A DNA stretch of 64,000 nt from Dictyostelium discoideum (GCA_000004695.1 CM000155.2:2976001-3040000), one strand, 5' to 3'. Positions 1 to 11,820 are shown, numbered from the stretch's first letter. The notes: generated by a model from the letters alone, not told the origin. Numbers and translations: made by a program.

Positions 1-33
<33 letters not shown>

Positions 34-273
34 CGATTACCCAACATTACCATATAAAAATAAATTTTTATTTTTCATATATTCATATATTTTAAAAAAA
101 TAAATTAAAAAATAATAAAAATAATAAAAATAAAAAAAAAAAAGTTAAAAATAAAAAAATAAAAATAAAAAAATAAAATTAATTTAAAATAAAAAAAAAA
201 ACAATAAATCAGCAAAAACCACCCACTCAAAATCAATCCCCACCATCAAGGTTTATTTTCAAATTTTTTTTTA

Positions 274-307
<34 letters not shown>

Positions 308-310
<3 letters not shown>

Positions 311-1487
311 AAATTTTTTTTTTTTTTTTCTTTTCTCCAAATGTCAAATAACAGTAATAATAACATCAAAACATATTATATAATTGGAATAATAACTTTA
401 ATATTTATAGTGTCAGCAGTTATAAAGAATCAATTATCGTCATCAAATCAAGAACAACAAGAAGAAGAAGAAGAAACAGATAGCATGGGAAAATCAAAAG
501 GAAGAGGTAATAAAAAAGGAAAGAAACCAGAAAAGATACAGGAGAAAAAATTAGATAATCATTTAAAAAATCTTGAAAAGGTAAAATTACAAGAAGATTT
601 TAAACTTCAACAAGATGAAAAACAACAACTAAAAAAAGAAGAAACAATACTTGTGGAAAAACAAGAAATAGTTGTGGATGAGTTGAAAAATAAAAAGGAT
701 GAAGAAAAACAACAACAACAACAAGAAGAAGATCAACAACAACAACAACAACAACAACAAGAGGAAGAAGAAGAAGAAGAGGAACAACAGGAAATAGAAG
801 AGGATGAAGAAGAAGAAGAAGGACAAGAGCAGGAGGAAGAAGAAGAACAACAGGAAATAGAAGAGGGTGAAGAGGAACAACAAGAAGAAGAGCAAGAAGA
901 AGAGCAATTTAGTATGTTTGGTGTTTCAATTGAAAGATTAATGGATTTCCAACGTCAAGAGGACGAAAATGAGGGAAGTGATGAAGTTGAGGAATCTTCA
1001 AAAGTTCCAATAGTTTTAAGTTTCATGTTAGATAGAATAAAAAATTTAAATGGTAAATTATAAAAATATTAATAACAAAAATAATAATAATTGCAATAAT
1101 AATAATAATAATAATAATAATAACTCTTTTAACATATATTTTTTTTATTTACATTTATTTTTAAAGGATTTAAAACAGAAGGATTATTTAGAGTTAATGG
1201 TAATTTAAAATTAGTTGAACAGTTAGCAACGGAAGGATTTGACCCATTCAGTGATGATTTAGATCCAAATGTTAATACATGGGCATCATTATTAAAGAAA
1301 TGGATAAGAGATTTACCAGAACCATTAATACCACATGAATTAAATCCAATAATTTTAGATTTTTGTACAAATAATAATATTAATAATACCTGTAATAATA
1401 ATAATGATAATAATAATAATAATAATTTTAATGTTTGTGCTAGTACTAATAATTTAGGAAATGTTTTAAATCTTAGTACTAACATAT

Positions 1488-1551
<64 letters not shown>

Positions 1552-2017
1552 TAACAATAATAATAATAATGAAAGTATTGAAAAGAAAATAACAAATATT
1601 ATAAATATGATTAAATCAGATGATCATAGAAATGTATTATATAAAATTGGTGAGTTTTTTGGAGAGATGTTACAAGAAGAAACAGTTTTAATCACAAAAA
1701 TTAATGTTGAAAGTTTATCAAAGATATTAACACCATCACTATTTAAACCAAATAATATTATTGATGATTTTTCAAACGGTTCTTTAAATGGTAGTGGTAA
1801 TCAAATACCGAAATATCTTACAACTTTAGATTTACCTTCAATACTCTTAAAACAAAAAAAAGAAATTGCTTTTGTTTCTTGTTTATTAAATTATTTTAAA
1901 GATGAATATTCAAAAAAATTACAAGAACAAAATGATCAAGAAGAAGATAATCAAGAGGAAGAAAAAGATAATCAAGAAGAAGATGAGGATGAAGAAGATA
2001 AAGACCAGGAAGAATAA
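308..2017 (+). CDS. RhoGAP domain-containing protein (2 exons: 308..1052, 1167..2017)
   Basis: Exon 1 is a Glu/Gln-rich low-complexity ORF ending at a GTAAAT donor (1053). After AG at 1165-1166 the same frame continues (phase 1) into GFKTEGLFRVNGNLKLVEQLATEGFDPFSDDLDPNVNTWASLLKKWIRDLPEPLIPHEL, the classic RhoGAP arginine-finger region (GLFRVNG ... LLKxWLRxLPEPL). It then runs through a polyN stretch into track ORF 1607..2017 with no intervening stop. Confidence 0.7.
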
Positions 2018-2117
2018 TTGGTAAAATAAAAATAAATACAAAAAACAAAAAATAGAATTCTATAAATAAAAAAAAAAAAAAACAAGGTTTATATATATAT
2101 TAAATAATGTTTTCTTT

Positions 2118-2150
<33 letters not shown>

Positions 2151-2199
2151 AATTTATTTACAATTTTTTTTGTTTTCTTTTCTTTTTTTTTTATTATTA

Positions 2200-3726
2200 T
2201 TAAGAAGTTGCAGTTGTTAAAATTAATGGTATTGATTTCTTTTTTGATCTTTTTTTTTCACTTTCAGATGAATGTGATGATGATGATCTTCTTTTTGAAT
2301 CAGATTTTTGTAATTCTTCTTGTCTTTTTCTTTCTTTTAAGATTTTATATGCTTCTAAATTTGCAAAAGGTTTCTTTGATTCTGGATCAATATATTTTGC
2401 AGGTAGTCCAGTAATTACACATAATTCAATGTTTTTCTTTATTTCATTTTCACTATTTTCAGTCCTATTTGTATCACCTTTATCTTTTTGTTCAACTATT
2501 GGTTCTTGTGTTGATGTTGTTGTAGGATTTGTTTCTGTTGTTACTGTTGCAGTTGTGGTAGGATTTGTTGTTGCAGTTGTTGCTGCTGTAGTAGTAGTAG
2601 TAGTAGTTGAAGTTATATCTACAATTGGTGGTGGATCCAATGATTTTCTTGATGCTCTTACTTTTTTCTTTTTTTCATTACCACTACTAGTAATATTATT
2701 TATTTGTGGTTGATTTGTTAAACAATAAGGTAATATTGAATCAGTGAATGTAATAGTTGTTTGTTCAGGTGTAGATCTATAAATAATTCTTGGACCTGTT
2801 AAGATTGCTTTTTTTGGATGGAAAACCTTTTTTTTATCCTCTTCTTGTTGTAATAGATGATTTAATGATTCAGTGTTATAAATTTCAGTTTCTTTGCATT
2901 CCTCTAAAAGTTCCTCTTGTGTTAAGCCATAGGTACTAATGGTATCCAATTTACTTAAACCTTCACCATCAATTGATGGTGTTGATGGTGTTGATGAAAT
3001 TTCATCATTTTTATCACTTTTACTATTTTTACCACCTTTTCTTGTTGTTGTTGTTTCTGTTGTTTTTATTGATTCTGAATTTCTTGTTGATCTTCTTGAT
3101 CTAGTAGTTGCTGTTGTTGTTGTTGTTGTCGTTGAAGTTGATTCATCTTCTTCATCATCATCATCAACTTTTAGTTTTTTATTTTTTGTTAAAGTTTGTG
3201 GTTGTGATTTTTGTAATTGTTCAATTGCAGAAGATCTTTGTGAGCTTCTTCTAGTTGAAGGTGAGGTTGGTTCTGAATTTGGTGTTTTTGGTGGTGATGG
3301 TTCTTTTCTTTTCCTTTTATTCGGTGTATTATCATTTGTTGTTGTTGTTGAAGTATTATTATCTAAATGTTTCTCTAACTCTGTTTCCATAGTTGATTTA
3401 CTATCAGTATCAGATGATGACTTTTTTCTCCTTGATGATATAGATTTTTTTGATTTTGGGTCTTTATATGATTTAGATGATTTCTTTTTTGTGGATTTGG
3501 TTTCAGTTTCATCATCACCTCCACCTTCTTCTTCCTCTTCATCTGATGCTGCATCTGAATCGACTATATCCTCTTCTTCTTCCTCCTCATCACTATTTAC
3601 AATATAATCTGGATCTTCTTTTTCATTATCACTCTCTTTTAATAATTGTTGCCATAATTCTTCATCTGCTGTTGATAACTCTGTTGTTCTCTTACCTCTA
3701 GTTGATCTTGATGGTAATATTGTCAT
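2200..3726 (-). CDS. Vps72/YL1-family chromatin-remodelling complex subunit (SWR1/SRCAP-type), Ser/Thr/acidic-rich
   Basis: Continuous 508-aa ORF. The N-terminus MTILPSRSTRGKRTT resembles the YL1 N-terminal basic motif. The C-terminus carries CVITGLPAKYIDPESKKPFANLEAYKILKE, which matches the YL1_C domain consensus (C.ITG.PA.Y.DP.T..PY.N.EAFK.IR). Confidence 0.5.
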   Translation of the reverse strand: MTILPSRSTRGKRTTELSTADEELWQQLLKESDNEKEDPDYIVNSDEEEEEEDIVDSDAASDEEEEEGGGDDETETKSTKKKSSKSYKDPKSKKSISSRRKKSSSDTDSKSTMETELEKHLDNNTSTTTTNDNTPNKRKRKEPSPPKTPNSEPTSPSTRRSSQRSSAIEQLQKSQPQTLTKNKKLKVDDDDEEDESTSTTTTTTTATTRSRRSTRNSESIKTTETTTTRKGGKNSKSDKNDEISSTPSTPSIDGEGLSKLDTISTYGLTQEELLEECKETEIYNTESLNHLLQQEEDKKKVFHPKKAILTGPRIIYRSTPEQTTITFTDSILPYCLTNQPQINNITSSGNEKKKKVRASRKSLDPPPIVDITSTTTTTTTAATTATTNPTTTATVTTETNPTTTSTQEPIVEQKDKGDTNRTENSENEIKKNIELCVITGLPAKYIDPESKKPFANLEAYKILKERKRQEELQKSDSKRRSSSSHSSESEKKRSKKKSIPLILTTATS

Positions 3727-3745
3727 TACATAAATTTATTAAAAA

Positions 3746-3781
<36 letters not shown>

Positions 3782-4011
3782 TAAATAGTTATTGAGGGGG
3801 TGTGTGAACTGGTTAAATGAATTAATAAAAAATAAAAATTAAAAATAATGAATTTTTTTTTTTTTTTTTCAAAACAAAAAATAAAAAATAAAATTTATTA
3901 TTGACAAAACACTCAAATTTAGAAAAAAAAAAACATTTTCATTTTTTTATTTTATTTTATTTTTTTTTAAAAATCTATTTTAAAATTTATTCCCGCTTAT
4001 TTTTCTCCAAA

Positions 4012-4052
<41 letters not shown>

Positions 4053-4191
4053 ATGTGAATAGTTATACAAAAAAAAAACATCACAAAACACCCAAATTTG
4101 GAAATAGTAATATATATAAGTTTTAGTTTTTTTTTTTTTTTTTACTAAGATTAAAATAAAACTTCATCACAAACATATTACAACTTAAATA

Positions 4192-4473
4192 ATGAAAGAA
4201 AGAACTTCTGTTGAGTGCCCACATTTAGATCTTTCTGTTGAAGAAGCTGAGGAAAATAGTAGTAAATACCTGTGGCTATTAACAGATCCAGATGAATTTC
4301 CAATGTTTAAACCCAGTGTATGTACGGCCGACTGTAAAGAAAAAATGGTAAAAATAATTGACATTATCCTTTTTAAACATTATAAATTCTCAAGAGATTA
4401 CTTTGAAGATTGCAAAATGGTTTTTGGTCAAGGAGCAGATGGTATGAGCCTCGGTGAATATATCATGTATTGA
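4192..4473 (+). CDS. hypothetical small protein (93 aa); possibly truncated by a frameshift
   Basis: The ORF has non-AT-biased codon usage and sits downstream of an AT-rich promoter-like spacer. Right after the stop, an overlapping open frame (CIEENDFNERTELLTNLQYINGKIVRLCDVLLF) continues for about 100 nt. This suggests a 1-nt frameshift or a pseudogene. Confidence 0.25.
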   Translation: MKERTSVECPHLDLSVEEAEENSSKYLWLLTDPDEFPMFKPSVCTADCKEKMVKIIDIILFKHYKFSRDYFEDCKMVFGQGADGMSLGEYIMY

Positions 4474-4584
4474 AGAAAATGATTTTAATGAAAGAACTGA
4501 ATTATTAACAAATCTTCAGTATATAAATGGAAAAATTGTTAGATTATGTGATGTTTTGTTATTTTGATTTTAATATTTTCATTT

Positions 4585-5198
4585 TTAAAGTATTTTGATC
4601 GTTTGCAGAGAATCAATAAAATCTATTAATAGATTTGATAATTCATAATTTGACCGATCTATTGATATAACAACTATATCATTTAATAATTTTGAATTTA
4701 ATAATGATGATGATTGATTTGATTTGGTTTGAATTTTTAATAAATATTGACTATTTTGATCGGATGATATTATGTTTTTGAGTGTAACCTTTTTCAGATG
4801 CAATACAAAGACAATTATAAAGATAATTGATTGTATTATCATTTAGATTTGCAATAAAATAATTGATAAATAATTCAAGGTAATAACTTGATGATAAACT
4901 ATATAAACAATATTCTTTTGTAAAAATTGAAAAATAATCAGGATTATTAAAAAACTCCTGGTAATTTATCAAAAAGACAAATAATATCATCAACTCTATC
5001 TAAATTGTAATGAAAAACTGATAATATTCTAATTGTAATTGTAAAATTGAATGATTCTGTTTCACCAATAATAAAAAATCCAACATCTTCACTTTTTTTA
5101 GGTGATAAAAGATTTGTTGCGGTTGCCAATATAGTGGTGAGTTCAGTATATTTCCAACTTTGATTTTGATCATTAAATAATAAAGATTCATGTACCAA
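4585..5198 (-). pseudogene. hypothetical gene split across two overlapping reading frames (frameshifted or unresolved short intron)
   Basis: Three minus-strand track ORFs (4947..5198, 4751..4993, 4585..4842) overlap end to end in different frames. The protein text continues across each frame change (DKLPGVF then [13 protein letters not shown]). No GT..AG intron of plausible length bridges them. Confidence 0.25.
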
Positions 5199-5804
5199 GA
5201 TATGTTATAAATAATTTAAACTATAATAGTTATCGTCCTAATAAACGTATATTTAATAAAAGTATAGTTTAACAAATCATTAGGAAGTAAGTTCTCTTTT
5301 AAATAAATTAATTTTTTCAAAAATAAATAAATAAAAAATAAATGATTTTTACTAATTTTTTTTTTTTTTTTATATTATACCATGTTTTGTTGGATCTGTT
5401 GCAGTAGATAGATCATTAAAAATATTATTTGATTCCACATGTGAAACTCATGCAATAGTGAGATTGAAATTGCAGGAGCATTAAAAAGAACTCATTGGGT
5501 TTATTTATTTATTTTTAGTTTTATTTTTATTTTTCTCAATAAAATTAGTATTCGTTGTTTGGTGGTTTTGGGAATAAAAAAAAAATAAAAAAAATAAAAA
5601 TAAAATATTAAAAACACCCTTTTTTTATTTTTTATTTATTTTTTTTTTTTTTAATTTAAATTTTTTTTACCCTCATTAAAAATAAAAAAAAAAAAAAAAA
5701 TTTGCATGTTTGGTTTTTTTTTTTTTTTGAAACCACTTGAATAAAAATCTTAACATAATAAAAATATATAGTGTTTTGATAGAAAAAAATCAAAAAACCA
5801 TACT

Positions 5805-7837
5805 ATGGAGACGGTATCATTAGTACCGTTGGAAGGTCTTGATGATTTAAGTGCACAATCAGCAGCAATCAAAAAGATTGAACAAAATTTCTCAAATATA
5901 GATAGTTTAGCATCAGTAACAAATCATAAAATATCATTAATTCAACAAAAGAAAACAATAGAAGCTCAAATTAAAAATGAAGTACATGTATGTACTAATT
6001 TAAATAAACAATTAATTAATTTTTATTTATTAATTTTAATTTTATTATAATTTATTACATATGACTAGTCAGAATTAGAAAAATCAAAAAAAGGTTTAGA
6101 AACATTATATAAATCATATAATAGAATTAATAGAATGGATGAATCATTTTCAGATACAGTTGAATTATGTAGTGAAACATCGAATTTGATTGGACATTAT
6201 CAATTAATTAAAAAAGTGAATACGGTTAGAGTGAATTTAATTAATATTTTAAAAGAAGTTGATAGATTATTAACAATACCAGAGAAAGCAGCAGAGATTG
6301 AGCAATTGTTAAGCGATGATTTAAATCTCTTAGAGATTCATAGTAAACTTAGAGAATTGGAAAGATTACATCAAAAAGCATTGAAACAATTTGAATCCAA
6401 TTTCGAAGAATTAGAAGCTATCAAAGAGATGTTTTCATCAGTACCTGAATTAAGTCACAGATTTGAAAATAAAATTTGGAATATCGTTAGTAATTCAATC
6501 GATATCGCTCAAATCAAACCTGCAGTATTAGTAAAAGTTGCTCAAATTATTGAACGTGAAAAATTACATGAACAAAAACAAAAAGAAAAGAAATCTCAAA
6601 ATTCTTTAATTTCAAGTGAAGGTATACATGATGATGATGATGATGATGATGATACTGAGGTTAATTTAAATAATTCAAATAAACAACAAAATAATGAAAA
6701 TGAAAATAGTAGTAGTAATAATAATAATAATTATGATATTAATAATGAAGATGAGGGATATGATAGAAATCGTAGTAATTATGGTGATAGATTTTTAGAA
6801 GTTTTAATTCAATCGATTTCAGGTAAATTTGAACCAATGTTTTTAAATTCACATAATGATTTAGTTCAAACATTAAAAGATGTAAATAAAATGGTTGATG
6901 AGTTGTTTATAGTTATGGATATTGTCCAAGAGTGTTACCCACCTTCATATGATTTATTCAATTTTTATGTTGATCAATATCATACTAAATTTTATTCATT
7001 ATTTGGTAGTTTTTCAAATTTAATGGAATCATCACATGTGAATAATAATTATCAAGTGGTTGTAACAAAGAATATACCATCTGCACATATTTTAATGTTG
7101 GTTGAATGGGTTGTAAAGAATTATAGTAGAGATTTGTCACGTTTGGGTATTCAGGATATTTCACCACCATTATTGGATTCATTAGATCCGTTAATTAAAA
7201 TTTATAAAATGCATATCAAACAATTGATGAGAGAATGGTGTGATAATATCATAAATAATGATAACCAAAATAAACCAGAGGTTGTGGATGGCCAATATTG
7301 CTCATTGGCACCCATTCAATTATTCGAGTCGGTCGCATCACAATTGGATATTGCTGCCGCTACAAAGTGCCAGAAATTGGTGGTGGGTGTGATGGAGGAG
7401 GTTGTGTCGGCTTTAATGTATTTCCAAGTCCAATCAATCACTTTATTACAAGAACGTAATCATGAGATTAAATTGGAGAATGTGATAGCCTATGTAAATA
7501 ATAACAGTAAATGCTATGACCATACCCAAACGATCGTTGATAAAGTTTCAAATATTTTAGATTCTGAACATATGGGTTATTTAGATTTCGATCCTGTACT
7601 AGAGGGTTTTTTAAATGTTTCAAAAGTTGCAACTCAAGCAATCTCTTCTGTGATCTTTCGTGATCTTGATGAATGTATTCATAAATTTTATACAGTTGAA
7701 TGGTATCAAGAGGATTTAATGCAACCAATCATTAATACATTTGAAGATTATGTTACAAATGATATTCAAAAATATATTTTAGAAAATTATTTAAAAAGAT
7801 TAGCTTTATTATTATTAGATACATTAATTGAACAGTA

Positions 7838-7871
<34 letters not shown>

Positions 7872-8324
7872 AATAATAAATAATAAATACTAATTAGTGC
7901 ATTTTAAAATTAAAATTTTAGATTATTAGCTCAATTAATTGGTGGTAAAAATAAATTTAATGAAAATACTTATAAAATATTAAGTAATGATTGTGATAAA
8001 TTATTAGATTTCTTTAAAAAATATCTTAGATTATCAGTTGTAACAGCAAAAGTTCAAATTTTGGAAGATTTTAAACAAATGATTACTTCTTCAATTGATA
8101 TGGTACCAGTTTATTTCCGTTCTGTAATTAATTTCCATAAAGATATAAATGAAAGAGTGGTTGAATTAGTACTCTATCAAAGAACTGATATTAGTAAATC
8201 TGAAATCACTGAAGTTTTAGGCCAAATTAAAACAATCGTTGAAACTGTTCATACTGATCCCACCAATCCTCCAACTGGTATATTCTCTCGTATGAATATT
8301 TACCAACGTGGTTGGTTTAGTTAA
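5805..8324 (+). CDS. exoc3: exocyst complex component 3 (Sec6) (3 exons: 5805..5987, 6069..7834, 7922..8324)
   Basis: Exon 1 ends at a GTATGT donor (5988) and AG at 6067-68 restores the frame. Exon 2 ends at a GTAAGT donor (7835, phase 2) and resumes after TTTTAG at 7921. The protein aligns with the Sec6 family: [20 protein letters not shown] ~ human LVSVVRIIEREEKIDRRILDRKKQ, and [22 protein letters not shown] ~ LMVQCFPPHYEIFKNLLNMYH. Confidence 0.8.
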
Positions 8325-8329
8325 AATAA

Positions 8330-8390
8330 ATAAAATAAAATAAAATAAATAAATATAATAAAATAAATATAATAAAATAAATAAAATAAG

Positions 8391-8454
<64 letters not shown>

Positions 8455-8460
8455 AACGTT
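8330..8460. repeat. (AAATA/AAAT)n simple repeat in 3' flank of exoc3
   Basis: Runs of aaataaataaataaat... are visible directly. Confidence 0.8.
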
Positions 8461-8589
8461 ATTATTTTTTTTATTTTTTTTTTCTTAAATTTTTATAACT
8501 GAATTTTTTTTTTTTTTTTTTTTTGTCAATCAAAATATGAATATTTTTTTTTTTAATTTTATTTTTGATTTTATTTTTTTTTTTAAAAA

Positions 8590-9081
8590 ATGCAAGAAAA
8601 ACTACCATTTATTTTACGTGATCCAATACCAGGTGATATGGGTATGGTTGTTTATCAAAATGCTGTTTTTTATTCAAAAGAGTTTGGTTGGGATTCACGT
8701 TTTGAAGCTTTAGTTGCCAAAGTTGTTTCAGAGTATATAACAAATTTTGATGAAAAATATGAAAAATGTTGGATAGCAGAAAAAGATGGTAAAATGGTTG
8801 GTTCGATTTTTGTTGTTAAACAGGATGAAAATACAGCAAAACTTAGAATGTTATATGTTGATTCATCAGCTCGTTGTTTGGGAATTGCAAATAAATTAGT
8901 TGATGAATCTATAAAATTTTCAGAGTCAGTAGGTTATAAAAGAATCATTCTTTGGACAAATAGTATTTTAGTTGATGCAGCTAGAATTTATATAAAATTT
9001 GGTTTTAAACTTGAAAATGAAGAAAAACACACAATGTTTGGACCTGAACTCACTGGTCAAACTTATTCAAAAGATTTGTAA
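8590..9081 (+). CDS. GNAT-family N-acetyltransferase, intronless, 163 aa
   Basis: Single ORF. The motif LRMLYVDSSARCLGIANKLVDESIKF fits the GNAT acetyl-CoA binding motif A (R/Q-x-x-G-x-G/A). The overall size and layout are bacterial-like. Confidence 0.7.
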   Translation: MQEKLPFILRDPIPGDMGMVVYQNAVFYSKEFGWDSRFEALVAKVVSEYITNFDEKYEKCWIAEKDGKMVGSIFVVKQDENTAKLRMLYVDSSARCLGIANKLVDESIKFSESVGYKRIILWTNSILVDAARIYIKFGFKLENEEKHTMFGPELTGQTYSKDL

Positions 9082-9395
9082 TATAAAATATTATTATTAT
9101 TATTATTTTAAAATAATAATAGAGAATATTAAAAAAGGACCAGTGGAAAAAGAAAGACAAGAAAGAATTTTATTTGGTACCGTACAAAGAAAATAAAAGG
9201 AAGCACAACACATTTGAATAATATTTGTAAAATAAAATATAAAGATAATTTTTTAATTTAAAATCCCTATGGTTCTTTACTAAATTTTCTTCATAATCCC
9301 ATATTCCATTTTTATTATTCAATTGAGAATTATAATTTATCCGAGATTTATATTTCCAGCTTATGTCAGTATTTAAAAAAGAAATTCATATAAAT

Positions 9396-9468
9396 GCCCG
9401 GCTAGCTCAGTCGGTAGAGCGCCAGACTCTTAATCTGGTGGTCGGGGGTTCGAGCCCCCCGTTGGGCG
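9396..9468 (+). tRNA. tRNA-Lys (anticodon CUU)
   Basis: GCCCGGCTAGCTCAGTCGGTAGAGCGCCAGACTCTTAATCTGGTGGTCGGGGGTTCGAGCCCCCCGTTGGGCG is 73 nt. It has a canonical A box (TAGCTCAGTCGG) and B box (GGTTCGAGCC), a CTCTTAA anticodon loop, and 7-bp acceptor pairing. It is near-identical to animal tRNA-Lys-CTT. Confidence 0.9.
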
Positions 9469-9502
9469 AAATTTTTAACTCGATTCCTACAAGGATCGCA
9501 AG

Positions 9503-9526
9503 TTCGATTCTATATAAATTTTCAGA
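9503..9526 (+). promoter_or_regulatory. ex-B box (extra downstream B-box copy) of tRNA-Lys
   Basis: GGATCGCAAGTTCGATTCTATATA lies about 35-58 nt 3' of the tRNA. It repeats the B-box core GTTCGA. The same GTTCGATTC-TATA motif follows tRNA-Asp at 32572-32582. Confidence 0.5.
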
Positions 9527-9529
9527 TTT

Positions 9530-10170
9530 GGGTTATAAAAATAATTGTATATGGAGATTAAAAAAATCCTCAATCCTCTCAAGCATAATGCTTAAGAAAA
9601 TAGACTTCCTACTTAACGATTATTCAAGGGAGCTGTCATCCAACCATAACTCTATTTCCTTCTCTCAACTCAACAGCTTACTAAACAAAATAAAACAACT
9701 ATACACAGAATTTCAAAAACAAAATGACTACAACAATAAGGCAAACATCAAAAATCTAATCTCCCTACTAGAGACAGAATTTAAAGACCAAGCCTTCGCA
9801 ACCCTTTCAGCAATAAATGAATCTAAAAAAAGAGAAGAACAACTTAAACAAGAATTGAACAACTATTGCGAAGAAACCTCACTCAAGTACATCTCCGCGA
9901 GAATCAAGAAAAGACACAATGATTTCACCATCAACGCAGTAAAAGATGCACAAGGTAGAACAATCAACAAACAGGAATTGATCGAAGAAGATTACGTAAA
10001 ATATTACTCAAATCTTTATGACTACAAAGAAGATGACGCACCATCTCATTATGAAATGTTGGAAAATTGGACAGTGACCAGGGACTCAACATGGGACAAC
10101 CTTGAAAATGAATTCACAACCCAAGGAGATCCCTAGAAGTAATAAAACCAATTGGAACCCCACACCAAAT
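9530..10170 (+). mobile_element. 5'-truncated non-LTR retrotransposon fragment (ORF2 region between the EN and RT domains), tRNA-gene-targeted TRE family, about 70 bp downstream of tRNA-Lys
   Basis: The sense strand is A-rich, C-containing and GT-poor, like the TRE5-A ORFs at 33.7 kb. It translates to ...TINKQELIEEDYVKYYSNLYDYKEDD..., resembling the L1-type ORF2 'xxFYxxLY' linker between the EN and RT domains. Track ORF 9363..10136 runs through the tRNA and is an artefact. The element is cut off by the N gap. Confidence 0.5.
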
Positions 10171-10270
10171 NNNNNNNNNNNNNNNNNNNNNNNNNNNNNN
10201 NNNNNNNNNNNNNNNNNNNNNNNNNNNNNNNNNNNNNNNNNNNNNNNNNNNNNNNNNNNNNNNNNNNNNN
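10171..10270. other. assembly gap (100 N)
   Basis: A run of n characters, followed by T30. Confidence 0.99.
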
Positions 10271-10301
<31 letters not shown>

Positions 10302-10786
10302 AAAATAAAATAAAGAAATAAAAAGAAAATATATAACGTAGCTACTTAAAAATTTTTATAAGAGAAAAAAAAGTTAATGTGAAAGAATTTTTAATTGTGT
10401 GAGCAAAAAAAAAAAACAAAAATTTTTTAAAAAAAAAAAATTGAAAAAAAAAAATTTTTTTAAAAAAAAAAAAAAAAAAAAAAATAAAAAAAAAAAAAAA
10501 ATAAAAAAAAAGTTTTTCAAGTTTTTATTAATTCTCTCTTTTAATTTTTTTAATATATATAGTTTGTTTAATTTTATTATTTAAATTTAAAATTTAAACA
10601 TTGTTTTTTTAAATTTTTATTTTTTAATTTTAATTTTTTTTTTTCAAAAATATTTCCAAACATTTCACAAATTTGGAAAAAAAAAAAAAAAAGTCCAAAA
10701 TCCAAAAAAAAAAAAAAACTTCCAAAACTAAGAACCCTGTAAGTTCCCCCATAGTATCTACCTATATACATTAAAAATTAGAATAT

Positions 10787-10790
<4 letters not shown>

Positions 10791-10880
<90 letters not shown>
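10791..10880. repeat. (AAT)n microsatellite, about 30 units
   Basis: Visible directly. Confidence 0.9.
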
Positions 10881-10959
10881 TTAATAATAAAATTTTTTAT
10901 TATTTTTTAAAATATTATAATTAATAATGCATACCTGAAAAAACCCCAAATAATTTTTC

Positions 10960-11128
10960 TCTAAAGTGTGGGGGGGGGGATTATTCCCCTGATTAAGGGA
11001 TTAAGGTTAAGGGTCGGAGGAGAGATAGGGGGAGATTATTGGTCAAGATTTGGTTCTTTTAAGGTTTTTTTCTTTTTGAAATCTCCAAAACAAGATTTTT
11101 TTTTTTTTTTTTCTTCTATTTTCCATTT

Positions 11129-11161
<33 letters not shown>

Positions 11162-11785
11162 GATGGTTTTGAGAGGAAAAATACCAATTGGTGATTTAAA
11201 TTAAAATTATTACTTATTTCCTATTTTATTTTCAGGTAAATTGGAAAGTTTAATTTGACTTTTTTTTTTTTTTTTTATTTTCTTTTCTGTTTCTCTGAAA
11301 AAAAAAAAAGAAAAAAAAAAAAAAAAAGAAAAAATTGGAGGCCCAGTTTATTTACAGTCAAGTGAGTAACAGTACAATGACTATCACCAATTCCATCTGT
11401 GGAAGTAATATATTAATCATGTTATTGGCGATGAAAGATACACCACTCTGAAAGAGTACTCAACTCCTGGCGATGAAAGATACACCACTCTGGAAGAGTA
11501 CTCAACTCCTGGCGATGAAAGATACACCACTCTGAAAGAGTACTCAACTCCTGCAAATCTATTGATTTTATACTCAGATTGCACAAGAAAAACAAACGTA
11601 CTATGTTCACCAAATTCAACATATGTCTCCCAAATTAATTTCTAACCAAAAAAAAAAAAAAAAAAAAAAATAATAAAAATTATTATACCTTCTTTTAAAA
11701 ATTAAAATAAAAAAAAAAATTCGGTGCCCGTCTTAATGATTTGATTGGTTGATATCTGGATTTAAAAGTTCCAATATCTAAATAT

Positions 11786-11820
<35 letters not shown>

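Noticed and set aside
629-1557. Minus-strand poly-Leu/Phe ORFs (629..907, 1129..1557) opposite the RhoGAP gene
   Set aside because: They are antisense translation of GAA/CAA/AAT repeats. They have no coding signal and overlap a well-supported + strand gene.
2208-3701. Four + strand ORFs (2208..2414, 2429..2713, 2939..3607, 3477..3701) rich in Val/Phe/Leu
   Set aside because: They are antisense to the continuous 508-aa Vps72/YL1-like ORF. Their composition is an artefact of complementing Thr/Ser/Glu/Lys codons.
9363-10136. 257-aa track ORF starting upstream of and running through the tRNA-Lys gene
   Set aside because: It reads straight through a canonical 73-nt tRNA (RLAQSVERQTLNLVVGGSSPPLG is the tRNA translated). 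Only the downstream part is retroelement coding sequence.
11440-11562. 41-bp x3 direct repeat considered as a CRISPR or minisatellite locus
   Set aside because: There are only three units with no spacers, in a eukaryotic context. It is more likely a transposon terminal repeat.
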